NCBI GenBank assembly: GCA_965235115.1
Contig: OZ249436.1
Coordinates: 4,900,001 to 4,964,000, forward strand
Length of the DNA: 64,000 nucleotides
DNA from: Laetmonice hystrix
Lineage: Eukaryota
Direction of reading: 5' to 3'
The translations under genes and the position numbers were made by a program. Shown here piece by piece: positions 1-12,772 of the stretch. Position 1 is the first letter of the stretch. Every line of letters starts with the position of its first letter. The notes beneath the pieces were generated by a model. The model worked only from the letters and a program-made list of their open reading frames with translations. It searched no databases and was not told where the DNA came from.

Positions 1-291
1 CTTACCGTTTTGCTCACTGTTTTCGTTTTTTTTGGGTGGTTTTCCGCGAGCTTGCTCACCATGAGCATGCCTCATGGAAAAAAGGCAGGAAAACCGTGAG
101 AATGAGTTCATGCTCACCCTTGCTCAGCTCAGCTCACCCTTGCCCACGGTAGAAAAGTAAACAAAAAAAAAACGGGCCCAGAGCTTACTGTGAGCTCTGT
201 ACGCGTTGTCATGGTAATGACCGAGCCCTGTGTGAGCTCTGTCTCCGTTGTCATGGTGATGGAATACCATAGCTGATGTTGGGTAGTGCAG

Positions 292-760
292 GTGAATACG
301 ACTCATGTCGTGAGAAGTGGTCGTGAATACGACTCATGTCGTGAGAAGTGGTTGTGAATATGACTCGTGTCGTGAGAAGTGGTCGTGAATATGACTCGTG
401 TCGTGAGAAGTGGTTGTGAATACGACTCGTGTGGTGAGAAGTGGTCGTGAATACGACTCGTTTGGTGAGAAGTGGTCGTGAATACGACTCGTGTGGCGAG
501 AAGTAGTCGTGAATACGGCTCGTGTCGTGAGAAGTAGTCGTGAATACGACTCGTTTAGTGAGAAGTGGTCGTGAATACGACTCGTGTGGCGAGAAGTGGT
601 CGTGAATATGACTCGTGTCATGAGAAGTGGTCGTGAATACGACTCGTGTGGTGAGAAGTAGTCTTGAATACGACTCGTGTGGCGAGAAGTGGTCGTGAAT
701 ACGACTCGTGTGGTGAGAAGTGGTCGTGAATATGACTCGTGTGGTGAGAAGTGGTCGTGA
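292..760. repeat. 31-bp minisatellite (~15 copies) inside a dispersed repeat element
   Basis: Unit GTGAATACGACTCGTGTGGTGAGAAGTGGTC. The adjacent segment ~890-977 recurs inverted at ~25531-25600, so it belongs to an interspersed family. Confidence 0.9.
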
Positions 761-994
761 CTCGTGAAAAGCAAGAGCGTTCAGGTCGTTATCACCACCA
801 GTCTGAACTCGTTTTCGGACGGTCCAGGTGAAGGTCACAAAGTCGGTGCTTCCAAGAACCTCTGAGTTCACGAGTGGTGTTCACCAGCCGTAATACCGTT
901 CAGGAAGAAATTCAGGAGTCAGGAATCAGGAGTCGGAACTCGTATACGACTCGTGAGCTCGTTACCGAACGCAGCATGACTATCAGCTGTGTAT

Positions 995-3900
995 AGTTGT
1001 CATGATAATGTGGGAGCCCTGTGTGAGATCTGTGCTCGTTATCATGGTAATAAATGACGTCAGAGAGCTCTTACTGATAGCTCTGTGTTCGTTGTCATGG
1101 TAATGAATGACGTCAGAGAGCTATTACTGTTAGCTCTGTGTCCATTGTCATGGTAATGACCTAACCCTGTGTGAGCTTTGTGTTCGTTGTCATGGTAATG
1201 AATGACGTCAGAGATCTCTGTGTTCGTTATCATGGTAATGAATGACGTCAGAGATATTACTGTTAGCTGTGTGCCCATTGTCATGGTAATGACCTAGCCC
1301 TGTGTGAGCTTTGTGTTCGGTGTCATGGTAATGAATGACGTCAGAGATCTCTGTGTTCGTTATCATGGTAATGAATGACGTCAGAGAGATATTACTGTTA
1401 GCTGTGTGCCCATTGTCATGGTAATGACCTAACCCTGTGTGAGCTCTGTGTTCGTTGTCATGGTAATGAATGACGTCAGAGAGCTCTTACTGATAGCTCT
1501 GTGTTCGTTGTCATGGTAATGAATGACGTCAGAGAGCTATTACTGATAGCTCTGTGTTCGTTGTCATGGTAATGAATGACGTCAGAGAGCTCTTACTGAT
1601 AGCTCTGTGTTCGTTGTCATGGTAATGAATGACGTCAGAGAGCTCTTACTGATAGCTCTGTGTTCGTTGTCATGGTAATGAATGACGTCAGAGAGCTATT
1701 ACTGTTAGCTCTGTGTCCATTGTCATGGTAATGACCTAGCCCTGTGTGAGCTTTGTGTTCGGTGTCATGGTAATGAATGACGTCAGAGAGCTCTGTGTTC
1801 GTTATCATGGTAATGAATGACGTCAGAGAGCTCTGTGTTGTTATCATGGTAATGAATGACGTCAGAGAGCTCTGTGTTGTTATCATGGTAATGAATGACG
1901 TCAGAGAGATATTACTGTTAGCTGTGTGCCCATTGTCATGGTAATGACCTAACCCTGTGTGAGTTCTGTGTTCGTTGTCATGGTAATGAATGACGTCAGA
2001 GAGCTCTTACTGATAGCTCTTTGTTCGTTATCATGGTAATGAATGACGTCAGAGAGCTCTTACTGATAGCTCTGTGTTCGTTATCATGGTAATGAATGAC
2101 CTCAGAGAGCTTTGTGTCCATTGTCATGGTAATGACCGAGCCCTGTGTGAGCTCTCTGTTCGTTATCATGGTAATGAATGACGTCAGAGAGATATTACTG
2201 TTAGCTCTGTGTCCGTTGTCATGGTAATGACCTAGCCCTGTGTGAGCTCTCTGTTCGTTATCATGGTAATGAATGACGTCATAGAGCTCTGTGTTCGTTA
2301 TCATGGTAATGAATGACGTCAGAGATATTACTGTTAGCTGTGTGCCCATTGCCATGGTAATGACCTAGCCCTGTGTGAGCTTTGTGTTCGGTGTCATGGT
2401 AATGAATGACGTCAGAGAGCTCTGTGTTCGTTATCATGGTAATGAATGACGTCAGAGAGATTACTGTTAGCTCTGTGTCCATTGTCATGGTAATGACCAA
2501 GCCCTGTGTGAGCTTTGTGTTTGTTGTCATGGTAATGAATGACGTCAGAGAGCTTTGTGTTCGTTATCATGGTAATGAATGACGTCAGAGAGATATTACT
2601 GTTAGCTCTGTGTCCATTGTCATGGTAATGACCGAGCCCTGTGTGAGCTTTGTGTTCGTTGTCATGGTAATGACCTAACCCTGTGTGAGCTCTGTGTTCG
2701 TTGTCATGGTAATGAATGACGTCAGAGAGCTCTTACTGATAGCTCTGTGTTCGTTATCATGGTAATGAATGACGTCAGAGAGCTCTGTGTTCGTTATCAT
2801 GGTAATGAATGACGTCAGAGAGATATTACTGTTAGCTCTGTGTCCATTGTCATGGTAATGACCTAGCCCTGTGTGAGCTTTGTGTTCGTTGTCATGGTAA
2901 TGAATGACGTCAGAGAGGTCGGTGTTCGTTATCATGGTAATGAATGACGTCAGAGAGATATTACTGTTAGCTCTGTGTCCATTGTCATGGTAATGACCGA
3001 GCCCTGTGTGAGCTTTGTGTTCGTTGTCATGGTAATGAATGACGTCAGAGATCTCTGTGTTCGTTATCATGGTAATGAATGACGTCAGAGAGATATTACT
3101 GTTAGCTCTGTGTCCATTGTCATGGTAATGACCTAGCCCTGTGTGAGCTCTGTGTTCGTTATCATGGTAATGAATGACGTCAGAGATATTACTGTTAGCT
3201 CTGTGTCCATTGTTATGGTAATGACCTAGCCCTGTGTGAGCTCTGTGTTCGTTGTCATGGTAATGAATGACGTCAGAGAGATATTACTGTTAGCTCTGTG
3301 TCCATTGTCATGGTAATGACCTAGCCCTGTGTGAGCTCTGTGTTCGTTATCATGGTAATGAATGACGTCAGAGATATTACTGTTAGCTCTGTGTCCATTG
3401 TCATGGTAATGACCTAGCCCTGTGTGAGCTCTGTGTTCGTTATCATGGTAATTAATGACGTCAGAGAGATATTACTGTTAGCTCTGTGTCCATTGTCATG
3501 GTAATGACCGAGCCCTGTGTGAGCTCTGTGTTCGTTGTCATGGTAATGAATGACGTCAGAGAGCTCTTACTGATAGCTCTGTTCGTTATCATGGTAATGA
3601 ATGACGTCAGAGAGATATTACTGTTAGCTCTGTGTCCACTGTCATGGTAATGACCTAACCCTGTGTGAGCTCTCTGTTCGTTGTCATGGTAATGAATGAC
3701 GTCAGAGAGCTCTGTGTTCGTTATCATGGTAATGAATGACGTCAGAGAGCTCTGTGTTCGTTGTCATGGTAATGAATGACGTCAGAGAGCTCTGTGTTCG
3801 TTGTCATGGTAATGAATGACGTCAGAAAGCTCTGTGTTCGTTGTCATGGTAATGAATGACGTCAGAGAGATATTACTGTTAGCTGTGTGCCCATTGTCAT

Positions 3901-4120
3901 GGTAATGACCTAACCCTGTGTGAGCTCTCTGTTCGTTGTCATGGTAATGAATGACGTCAGAGAGCTCTTACTGATAGCTCTGTTCGTTATCATGGTAATG
4001 AATGACGTCAGAGAGATATTACTGTTAGCTCTGTGTCCATTGTCATGGTAATGACCTAGCCCTGTGTGAGCTTTGTGTTCGTTGTCATGGTAATGAATGA
4101 CGTCAGAGAGCTCTTACTTC
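995..4120. repeat. Modular minisatellite in a SNX27 intron
   Basis: Mixed ~40-55 bp units share the core TCATGGTAATGA and usually ATGACGTCAGAG. Related degenerate units occur at ~185-260. Confidence 0.95.
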
Positions 4121-4415
4121 TAGCTCGTTGTGGAGGTAATGGCAGAGGCCTACCTAAGTTCTGTGCCATTATTTAAATGACTCGGCGGTTTTTCCATCAA
4201 AATCAGAACTTTTTCTGTTCCTTGTCTCCTCCATTTGGAATGTCGAGAAAGAAACACTGGTGTGTTTTGGAGGTGGAGTTATTGAATCAATCGTACCAGA
4301 TCCGTTGTACCGGTATTTGACAGACAGAGTGAAGTGGAGCAGGTTGGGTTTGGTCGGCGGAGCTCTGATCGATGAGCAATCTGATTATAAGTAATTATCG
4401 TTCATCGTGTTTCAG

Positions 4416-4520
4416 GAATGTGGGAGCAGTAATGTTGTGGAACTGAAGATTTTATTACCCGACCGTAACATAGCCACCATCAGTATCGTCAGGAACAGTA
4501 CCACTGACCAGGTGTACCAG
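4416..4520 (+). CDS. SNX27: Sorting nexin-27, first exon in window (start of RA/FERM-like F1 lobe)
   Basis: ttcag|GAA...CAG|gtaaag; ECGSSNVVELKILLPDRNIATISIVRNSTTDQVYQ matches recalled SNX27 VELRVALPDG...NSTTDQVYQ. PDZ/PX exons lie upstream of the window. Confidence 0.93.
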
Positions 4521-5353
4521 GTAAAGTCTCTATCATAGCAGGGATTAGAATTTTGGCAAACTGAAAACACGTACAGAATGGAAACGCACATAATTCACAT
4601 ATCTCACATCAAAATGAACAGTCAAAGATAGACACATGTAGCTGACATTGGCAGACGTACTTGTGCTTATAGAAATTCTCAGTCCTCTACAGGCCTGAAA
4701 GGTAGGCTTTCCCAGTGGATAGTTAACTGACTAAATACCTCCAGGACCTTGGTAATTCCACTGAAGCATGGGACAAAGCAGAGTTTGTTAAATAACTTAG
4801 TTGTTACAGAACCGGGGAGAAATAACATCAAATATGTCACCTCACAGAGGGCTTAATCTTAGAAACCTTGGGAAATAATAGCACTCAGCTGTTGTACCAA
4901 GTACTGTTGGCGTAATTAAGATTGAAAAGATAATTATGTCACTCACTCAACGTGTTTGTCTGTGTTCTGTCAGAGAAGTAGTCCTTGACGGTCATTCTCT
5001 GAACGAGTGGGAGAAAGGGTTTTTTTCATTCTTTGAACAGCTGCCACTGATTGAGCTGGTGTAGCGTGGTTTGAATTTGGTTTTATTTCTTCAGAAAGAA
5101 AGTTTTCGGAAAGGTGTCCAAGAGGATTAATCCATTGCTGCAGCTGAACTAAGTTGGGCCAGTCTTTTTAATTTAAATGGAATGCAGTGTTAATCACTTT
5201 GTACAGAAGGTCTAGGGTAAACAGACAAACTATATTTAGGCGGAGAGAGAGAGGCAGGCAGGCAGGAAGGGAGGCAGGCAGGAAGGAAGAAAAAAATTGT
5301 TTTTAATTTTCTGTTATTTGTGACTTTATTTGTGTCGTTTAATCCTCTTTCAG

Positions 5354-5432
5354 GCATTGATGAAGAAACTTGCTCTGTCATCAGATGTGGCAAAACATTT
5401 TGCCCTATTTGAAATCGAAGAGTATAACTTTG
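5354..5432 (+). CDS. SNX27: Sorting nexin-27 exon
   Basis: tttcag|GCA...TTT G|gtgagt; ALMKKLALSSDVAKHFALFEIEEYNF (FALFE motif); phase consistent with both neighbours. Confidence 0.93.
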
Positions 5433-5608
5433 GTGAGTATTACCAAATTAATTGGGCCTTGCTGTAGGCGATTAAAAAGTGAGGTTGAGTTTTCTTATAT
5501 TCTGTTAAAGAAGTAGTAAATAGTAGTTGATAGTAGTTGAGTATTAGGGTTTTTTGGTTTTTTTTGGGAAGCAATGGGCGGCTGGATCTGACAGTTCTAG
5601 TCTCACAT

Positions 5609-6198
5609 TCAAGGTGGCATCGGTAGCTATGAGAGGTGTAAATGCTCATCCTCTCCTACTACTAGTGTCAAGGTAGCATCGGTAGCTATGAGAGGTGTAA
5701 ATGCTCATCCTCTCCTACTACTAGTGTCAAGGTGGCATCGGTAGCTATGAGAGGTGTAAATGCTCATCCTCTCCTACTACTAGTGTCAAGGTAGCATCGG
5801 TAGCTATGAGAGGTGTAAATGCTCATCCTCTCCTACTACTAGTGTCAAGGTAGCATCGGTAGCTATGAGAGGTGTAAATTCTCATCCTCTCCTACTACTA
5901 GTGTCAAGGTAGCATCGGTAGCTATGAGAGGTGTAAATGCTCATCCTCTCCTACTACTAGTGTCAAGGTAGCATCGGTAGCTATGAGAGGTGTAAATGCT
6001 CATCCTCTCCTACTACTAGTGTCAAGGTAGCATCGGTAGCTATGAGAGGTGTAAATGCTCATCCTCTCCTACTACTAGTGTCAAGGTAGCATCGGTAGCT
6101 ATGAGAGGTGTAAATGCTCATCCTCTCCTACTACTAGTGTCAAGGTAGCATCGGTAGCTATGAGAGGTGTAAATGCTCATCCTCTCCTACTACTAGTA
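5609..6198. repeat. 59-bp minisatellite, 10 copies, intronic
   Basis: Unit TCAAGGTAGCATCGGTAGCTATGAGAGGTGTAAATGCTCATCCTCTCCTACTACTAGTG; copies nearly identical. Confidence 0.95.
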
Positions 6199-6269
6199 AT
6201 AGTTTTTTTAGTTTTCACCCTCAGATTTCATAGATATGATACGATGAGAATTTACCGGTTTCCTTTCAG

Positions 6270-6430
6270 CCCGTAAACTCCAACGGAACGAGTTCCCTCA
6301 CAACCTGTACATCCAGAACTACAGTACGGCCACCGCCACATGTATCACACTCCGAAAGTGGGTGTTCTCCGTCAGCCAGGAAAAACAACTGTGTACTAAC
6401 GAGGACGCTCTCTCCTTTATATACTGGCAG
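6270..6430 (+). CDS. SNX27: Sorting nexin-27 exon
   Basis: tttcag|CC CGT...TGG CAG|gtaagt; RKLQRNEFPHNLYIQNYSTATATCITLRKWVF...IYWQ matches recalled SNX27 RKLAPNEFPHKLYIQNY. Confidence 0.96.
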
Positions 6431-7273
6431 GTAAGTACAGTTACCTGTTGTATGGTCACGTGGTCAGCCCCCATGTGACCATACAACACTCAGTGACAGG
6501 GTTTAGGAAGGGGACGCCTACCCTGGGACTTCTAGAGGTGTGTGGACGTGGGCACCTTGTCGTAAAATAGTTCAATAAAGTATCTCTGCTTAAATATGAG
6601 TGATAATATGGTACCCATAAATATTTAATAAGCAGGCAAATTAGCCCTTTATTCTGTCAATAATTGTGTATTGATCAACTTTCTGGGAACCCTGTCATAA
6701 TAACGTAGGATCACCATAGAAATCGAGAAATCATTGAGGTAAACACGTGAATGAAGCATATTGAAGAATGATGATGAACACTGGAGATGTGATTAGTTTT
6801 GTTCCTGGTTCCGAGAGTCATTGCATGCTGGGAATATCAAAGGCAGTTGATAAATGAGGAGGCTTGGCTCGGTTACAGCAGCTACACGTCACCACCATAT
6901 TGTATTGTAATGACGTCAGCACCATATTGTATTGTGATGACGTCAGCACCATGAATATTACAGCAGGACTTACTACGTTAATTAACTTTGATGACATTGG
7001 AGTCGTATCCATGGAAGCAGCATGCTCCATAGCCTTGACGTTTTTTAAACCAATTGAAGATTTAAAATTATTTTACACTGTTTTTTATAGCATTGATCCC
7101 TAAGTATGGACTGCATGTGAGAGAGTTTTTCATACGGTTTGGACAGAAATCTCTCAATTCTAAAAATGTTCAAAAGTTCCATACCACTGTTGAAAGGTGA
7201 GATTATGGGCCAGCGAAGGTCATTTTGTACTGAATGAATGCTGAAATCTGATTGGTTGATGTTTCAATGGCAG

Positions 7274-7363
7274 GCAGTGGATGACGTCAGTCGAGGGCAG
7301 ATCAAGCCTGCCGACAAACTCTATGAACTAAAAACGTTGCAGGAAGCAGGCAAGAAGGCTGAG
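7274..7363 (+). CDS. SNX27: Sorting nexin-27 exon
   Basis: cag|GCA...GAG|gttagt; AVDDVSRGQIKPADKLYELKTLQEAGKKAE. Confidence 0.94.
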
Positions 7364-7608
7364 GTTAGTGTGGAAGTTACAATCTTATCCAGATAACCTG
7401 AAACCTCAGAGATATCTTGTTCAGGCTTTGAACGTGTTCATTTCTCCACGTATCCTAACTGTACCGTACTTCGCCAGATAATTACAAAATGAGTTTTATT
7501 GGTATGAAGCTGTTCAAGCAGTGAAAAATCTTGTGTGTGTGTGTGTGTTCTCATAGATAAATTGACTAAAACCTAGTTTTGATGTTGTGCCGGTTGTTTT
7601 GCCTACAG

Positions 7609-7758
7609 TATCTGAAGCTGGTGAGGAGCCTGGAGGGGTATTCTGAGCTGACGTTTCCACACTGTCCGTGCGACTCGAGGAAAGACGGTCACGTGATTGC
7701 TATAGCTGGTATCCAGTGTTTTAAACTGCAGGCGTGTAAAGAAGACGGAACTCCCGAG
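7609..7758 (+). CDS. SNX27: Sorting nexin-27 exon
   Basis: ctacag|TAT...GAG|gtcagt; YLKLVRSLEGYSELTFPHCPCDSRKDGHVIAIAGIQCFKLQACKEDGTPE (FPHCxCDSR motif). Confidence 0.96.
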
Positions 7759-8434
7759 GTCAGTCTCATACAACTCTCTAATCTCAACAACAGTTATAAA
7801 CAACACTGAATTCTTGAGCTTACTCCTACAGGATTCCCAAGGTCATGAAAAGTCGTGAAAAATAAAATATGGATTTCCAGGCCTGGAAAAATCATGGAAA
7901 ATAAAAGAATGAGGGAAAGTCATGGAATTTAAAACTCCCTTTTTGATGTTTCTGTTAGGACTAAATTGTAAAGTTCCACGACGTACTAGGGGACAATTCT
8001 AGGATTTGAGTGTATTTTTTGTTAATTTTATCCTGAATTGGTCATGAAATTTAGGAAATTTGGTCTTGAAAAGTCGTAAAATTTCAATATAGCAACCTGT
8101 CGAACCCCCCTCCTCGGTTCTATGAAACTAAACAAAAAATAGAAAGGTCGTTCTGAGATGAGAAGGAGTAAAAGTTAGGAAGGCAGCAGTGTTTGTGATC
8201 ACAGACATATTTCAGAGTATCATCCTGTGCAGTGGATTTGTTACCTGAGCACAAAAGTATTTTAGGTGAATGTAAAAGTCTTTTTTAAAATCTCGTTAAC
8301 ATAAAAAGAGATCAAGATATAATTATGATTTTTTTTTGTTTTTTTTTTGTTTTGTAATGTAATTATGGGCATGATGTAATCATGAGCATGGGTAATTAAC
8401 TTATCAACTGGCGTTTGTTTTTTGACTGTTGTAG

Positions 8435-8563
8435 TCCCAAGTAATAGAATTCTCCTGGAGAGACGTTCGACAATGGGAGGCGGACGACAACGGAATGTCT
8501 TTCAACTTTGAATATGTACGAGAAGGAAAAAAACCCAGATGGGTGAAAATATTCTCATCCTAT
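8435..8563 (+). CDS. SNX27: Sorting nexin-27 exon (F3 lobe)
   Basis: gtag|TCC...TAT|gtgagt; SQVIEFSWRDVRQWEADDNGMSFNFEYVREGKKPRWVKIFSSY. Confidence 0.95.
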
Positions 8564-8738
8564 GTGAGTCACTTTATGTCGTCGTGTTTTTCTTTTCATT
8601 CAGTCAAAAAAACTTTTGTAGTTATCATTTTCTAATTTATAACGTAATGTTATGATATAATAATATGATACATTATTTGTTCATGTTCAAGTACTGGATA
8701 ATGATTCATTGGTTGACATAAACTTTGCTTTCTTGCAG

Positions 8739-8798
8739 TTTGTGTATATGTATGACTGTTTCGAGCGAATAAAGACAGAACTTAACTGGGAGAAAGAG
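8739..8798 (+). CDS. SNX27: Sorting nexin-27 exon
   Basis: ttgcag|TTT...GAG|gtagga; FVYMYDCFERIKTELNWEKE matches recalled FNYMHECFERVFCELKW. Confidence 0.94.
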
Positions 8799-8883
8799 GT
8801 AGGATTTAACGATTGAATAAAGAGTTAATAATATTAAACCTCTAGAAAATTGTTGGATTAGAGCTGGCGTCTGTTAATTGTCG

Positions 8884-9878
8884 TTCTCAGAGAGAATACC
8901 CAGTCCTCAATCCATTAAGGTGGATGCCTCTGGGTTTCTCAGAGAGAATACCCAGTCCTCAATCCATTAAGGTGGATACCTCCTGGTTTCTTAGAGAGAA
9001 TACCCAGTCCTCAATCCATTAAGGTGGATACCTCCTGGTTTCTCAGAGAGAATACCCAGTCCTCAATCCATTAAGGTGAATACCTCCTGGTTTCTCAGAG
9101 AGAATACCCAGTCCTCAATCCATTAAGGTGGATACCTCCTGGTTTCTCAGAGAGAATACCCAGTCCTCAATCCATTAAGGTGGATACCTCCTGGTTTCTC
9201 AGAGAGAATACCCAGTCCTCAATCCATTAAGGTGGATACCTCCTGGTTTCTCAGAGAGAATACCCAGTCCTCAATCCATTAAGGTGGATACCTCCTGGTT
9301 TCTCAGAGAGAATACCCAGTCCTCAATCCATTAAGGTGGATACCTCCTGGTTTCTTAGAGAGAATACCCAGTCCTCAATCCATTAAGGTGGATACCTCCT
9401 GGTTTCTCAGAGAGAATACCCAGTCCTCAATCCATTAAGGTGGATACCTCCTGGTTTCTTAGAGAGAATACCCAGTCCTCAATCCATTAAGGTGGATACC
9501 TCCTGGTTTCTCAGAGAGAATACCCAGTCCTCAATCCATTAAGGTGGATACCTCCTGGTTTCTCAGAGAGAATACCCAGTCCTCAATCCATTAAGGTGGA
9601 TACCTCCTGGTTTCTCAGAGAGAATACCCAGTCCTCAATCCATTAAGGTGGATACCTCCTGGTTTCTTAGACAGGATACCCAGTCCTCAATCCATTAAGG
9701 TGGATACCTCCTGGTTTCTCAGAGAGAATACCCAGTCCTCAATCCATTAAGGTGGATCCCTCCTGGTTTCTCAGGGAGAATACCCAGTCCTCAATCCATT
9801 AAGGTGGATACCTCCTGGTTTCTTAGACAGGATACCCAGTCCTCAATCCATTAAGGTGGATACCTCCTAGTTTCTTAG
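8884..9878. repeat. 52-bp minisatellite, ~19 copies, intronic
   Basis: Unit TTCTCAGAGAGAATACCCAGTCCTCAATCCATTAAGGTGGATACCTCCTGGT. Confidence 0.95.
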
Positions 9879-10063
9879 GTTGCACTTTGATTGATTGTGA
9901 GAATTCTTGTTTTACCTTTCCCATATATTTGATTAACTGCTAACATCTAGTAATTAACGAGACATGGAGGTCCAAACATTGATTTTTCAATCACAAGAAA
10001 CAGTGACACTTTTATTTTTTTCCAGATGTATCTCTTTTTAAAATGTGTTCTTGTTATTTCCAG

Positions 10064-10072
10064 GCCGGCTGA
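10064..10072 (+). CDS. SNX27: Probable terminal coding exon of SNX27 (AG-stop)
   Basis: Strong acceptor ttatttccag|GCC GGC TGA in phase 0; too short to confirm by homology. Confidence 0.55.
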   Translation, partial: AG

Positions 10073-10983
10073 AAGTGTGAACGTGTTAAAACTGTTGCTT
10101 AGGTGAGCGCGTTAATTACACTCGACCATAGAAATGCTAATTAAACTACAAGACAGGAATGCTATAAAGTGTTGAATTTCAGTAAAATCTGTTGTATCTA
10201 TATCGGAAAATTAAGATTTAACAAGTACAACCAGTTTTCTGCATTCTAAATGGCAGTTAATTTGGTAATGTTTCAGAGACCACGTATGACTAGAAATGTT
10301 GATGACAAAGCTCCCATCTTGTCCCGTTTACTGTTGGACCCCTGATTCTCGATGCCGACTGCTCGACACGCCGCAAGGCCACCAGTATTTTCATGTGACG
10401 TCACCTTTTTGAATCGAGATCATATTTTTGTATTCAGCACAAAACTCATTCATAATGATATGAACGTTAATGATAATGGTTTTATTATACAATGTATCAA
10501 ATTCAAACAAAGCTAGCATAAGGTATAAATAAAACAGGAGTACTATAATCTAAGATTGACAATCCGGGGGACGCCTGGACTGGGGAAGTATTATTAACGT
10601 AAATAAATGGTCGATATTTAAAGGAGTGTTTTTAAATATCGGCTATTGGTGGTCAAGATCACGCTGGATCTTCTGATTTTAAGGAATATTGGTCAAAGTT
10701 AGCAAGCCTTGAGTCATGTCGGGGTCATCTCATGCTGTTGGTCTCTGGCCACAGACCATGAACAATATAAACCCAAAGATAAACACTGTGGACAATATAA
10801 CAGAAAGGGGGGGGGGATATTATCGAAATATTTGTATTGGGCACCAGTGGCACTTGCAGAAGCACAGTACAATACCTGTATATATTAAAGTATTTAAGGC
10901 AAGCTTCATATTTGCTTTATCTCAGTTCAGTCTATGGTATTTCAGAGACCCGCTGGCACACTGTGGCTAGCTTCTGTAGATAC

Positions 10984-11078
10984 ACACAGTAATATGTATA
11001 CATGGGACTTCAAGGACACAGTCTATGTATACATGGGACTTCAAGGACATAGTCTATGTATACATGGGACTTCAAGGA
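10984..11078. repeat. 31-bp tandem repeat x3
   Basis: ACACAGTCTATGTATACATGGGACTTCAAGG repeated three times. Confidence 0.85.
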
Positions 11079-12772
11079 CGTCGGGTGATGGTCAGATGCT
11101 GGTCAGCTAAAAGGTCAAATATCTTAGGGGTAGACAGGGAGGAGACCAGAAGGTTCGACCCCCTCCCATATCCCGCCCAGATTTTTGGGTGGGCTCTGTA
11201 ATTATCTTTTGTTTTTTTCATGGTTAGAGTATTTCTACACCGACATTGCTCCCTCTCCCCTCCCCTCCCCCCTCAGATGAACAAAGGGACCGCCCCAAGT
11301 GCAACCAAAATTGGATGTCACCAAACCGTTACTATAGCGACCTGAATGATGGCACTTCTTGCTCTGTTACCAATGTTTGTTATCGTAATCATGATAAATG
11401 TTACTAATAATCCTATTATAACGAAGGTATAGCTGGTCGCAGGTATGTGTATTTTGGTGGTGATCATGGTCTCTTATCTTGATTCTAGGACTCGGTTCTG
11501 TGGTAGTCTAACCCTATCGTGTATCAGTTTAAATATGCGATTGTAGACTAAATACATTCAGACTTTGCAATGAAAAACGCGTGAACCGCATCAGGCTCAA
11601 TACACGTTGTGTTAATCAGTGTAACAAGGATGATTCTACGTCTTCTTTACGATGCTGACATTGCGGAGGCTGACTGCACCTATTCCATATGACATGGACA
11701 GTTTATTACTTCAGGTTCCAGCTCTGTAAGAATGTGCGGAGTTTATTCTTTGTTAGTAGTGTATGTTAGCTGTCAACAGATTAAAGTGCAGTGCCCTGGT
11801 GTAGGGAAACTGCCGCCAACCGGCGGAAAACGGAAATGTTCACTGGTTAAATCAAACTAACCAATCATTACGTGTCACGGTGGTGACGTCAGAAAAAGAA
11901 ACCCGAACTCAATAAGTTTCCAGAATGATCTTTGAAACCGTTTCTTGCTAATGTTATCGGAATAGATTTCACACAGAAAAGCAATGTCAGTGAAAAGGCC
12001 TATCAATCATTGTAGATTGCACCTGCCTGGCCGTAGCGTTTTGCTTAGTATTACATATTGTGGCCGGTATTAATATCATTATGGAGTGAATATTGCGTTA
12101 AACTACAAATCAAACCTTGGCTACCACTGTGATAGATTACCTAGGCAGGTCGTAACTGTAAGTCTGCGCATGTGCAAAACGTATGTCATTCACGTTAATA
12201 AAAGGCAGGAAACCTTTGACGAGAGTTTGTCTTGAGTTCCGCGGGGTGGTGGTGGAGGAGGGGGGGGGGGGCGCTTCCATGACCAGAAAGCTGAGGCATG
12301 ATTTTGAGGGGATAGAACGTATGTCAAATCTGGACGTTTGAAGACTTTGTCTCAGGAATGAAGGATGTACTCGGAAGATCCGACGGCACCCATGGATTTA
12401 TTATCATGTTCATCAAATCGTTCAGGAAGACGGGTATGGATTTCTGGCGGAAAAATAACAGCAAAATATCCAATTTTAATGTATTTCACAAAAAATGACA
12501 CCTTAAAAATGATCAAAGTAGAACTACTTTTTTGGCGATTTCTGTTTTTATTTGAGGCATAGTATACGAACATGTGATGCACCAGTTGGCAGTAGGATGT
12601 AGTTAGGTGAATGTAGCAATGGCAATAACTGGAGAAGTCTACCTCTATCAGACTTCAGCAGCAGCTGACAATGGTTTGACGGTAATTCGACGTGACGTCA
12701 TAGAGTGCGCTCAACATTTGACGTTAATTCGACATGACGTCATAGAGTGGCCTCAATGTGAGATTAATTTCG

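Noticed and set aside
251..3727. Multiple 70-206 aa ORFs on the minus strand
   Set aside because: Translations of minisatellite units inside a SNX27 intron; no domain-like content.
995..4120. CRISPR-like look of a conserved core with variable intervening sequence
   Set aside because: The intervening parts are a few recurring modules rather than unique spacers; eukaryotic intron and no cas genes.
10073..10102. Possible readthrough or selenocysteine extension after the SNX27 TGA (KCERVKTVA*)
   Set aside because: No readthrough context or recognisable SECIS, and a 9-codon open stretch is expected by chance.
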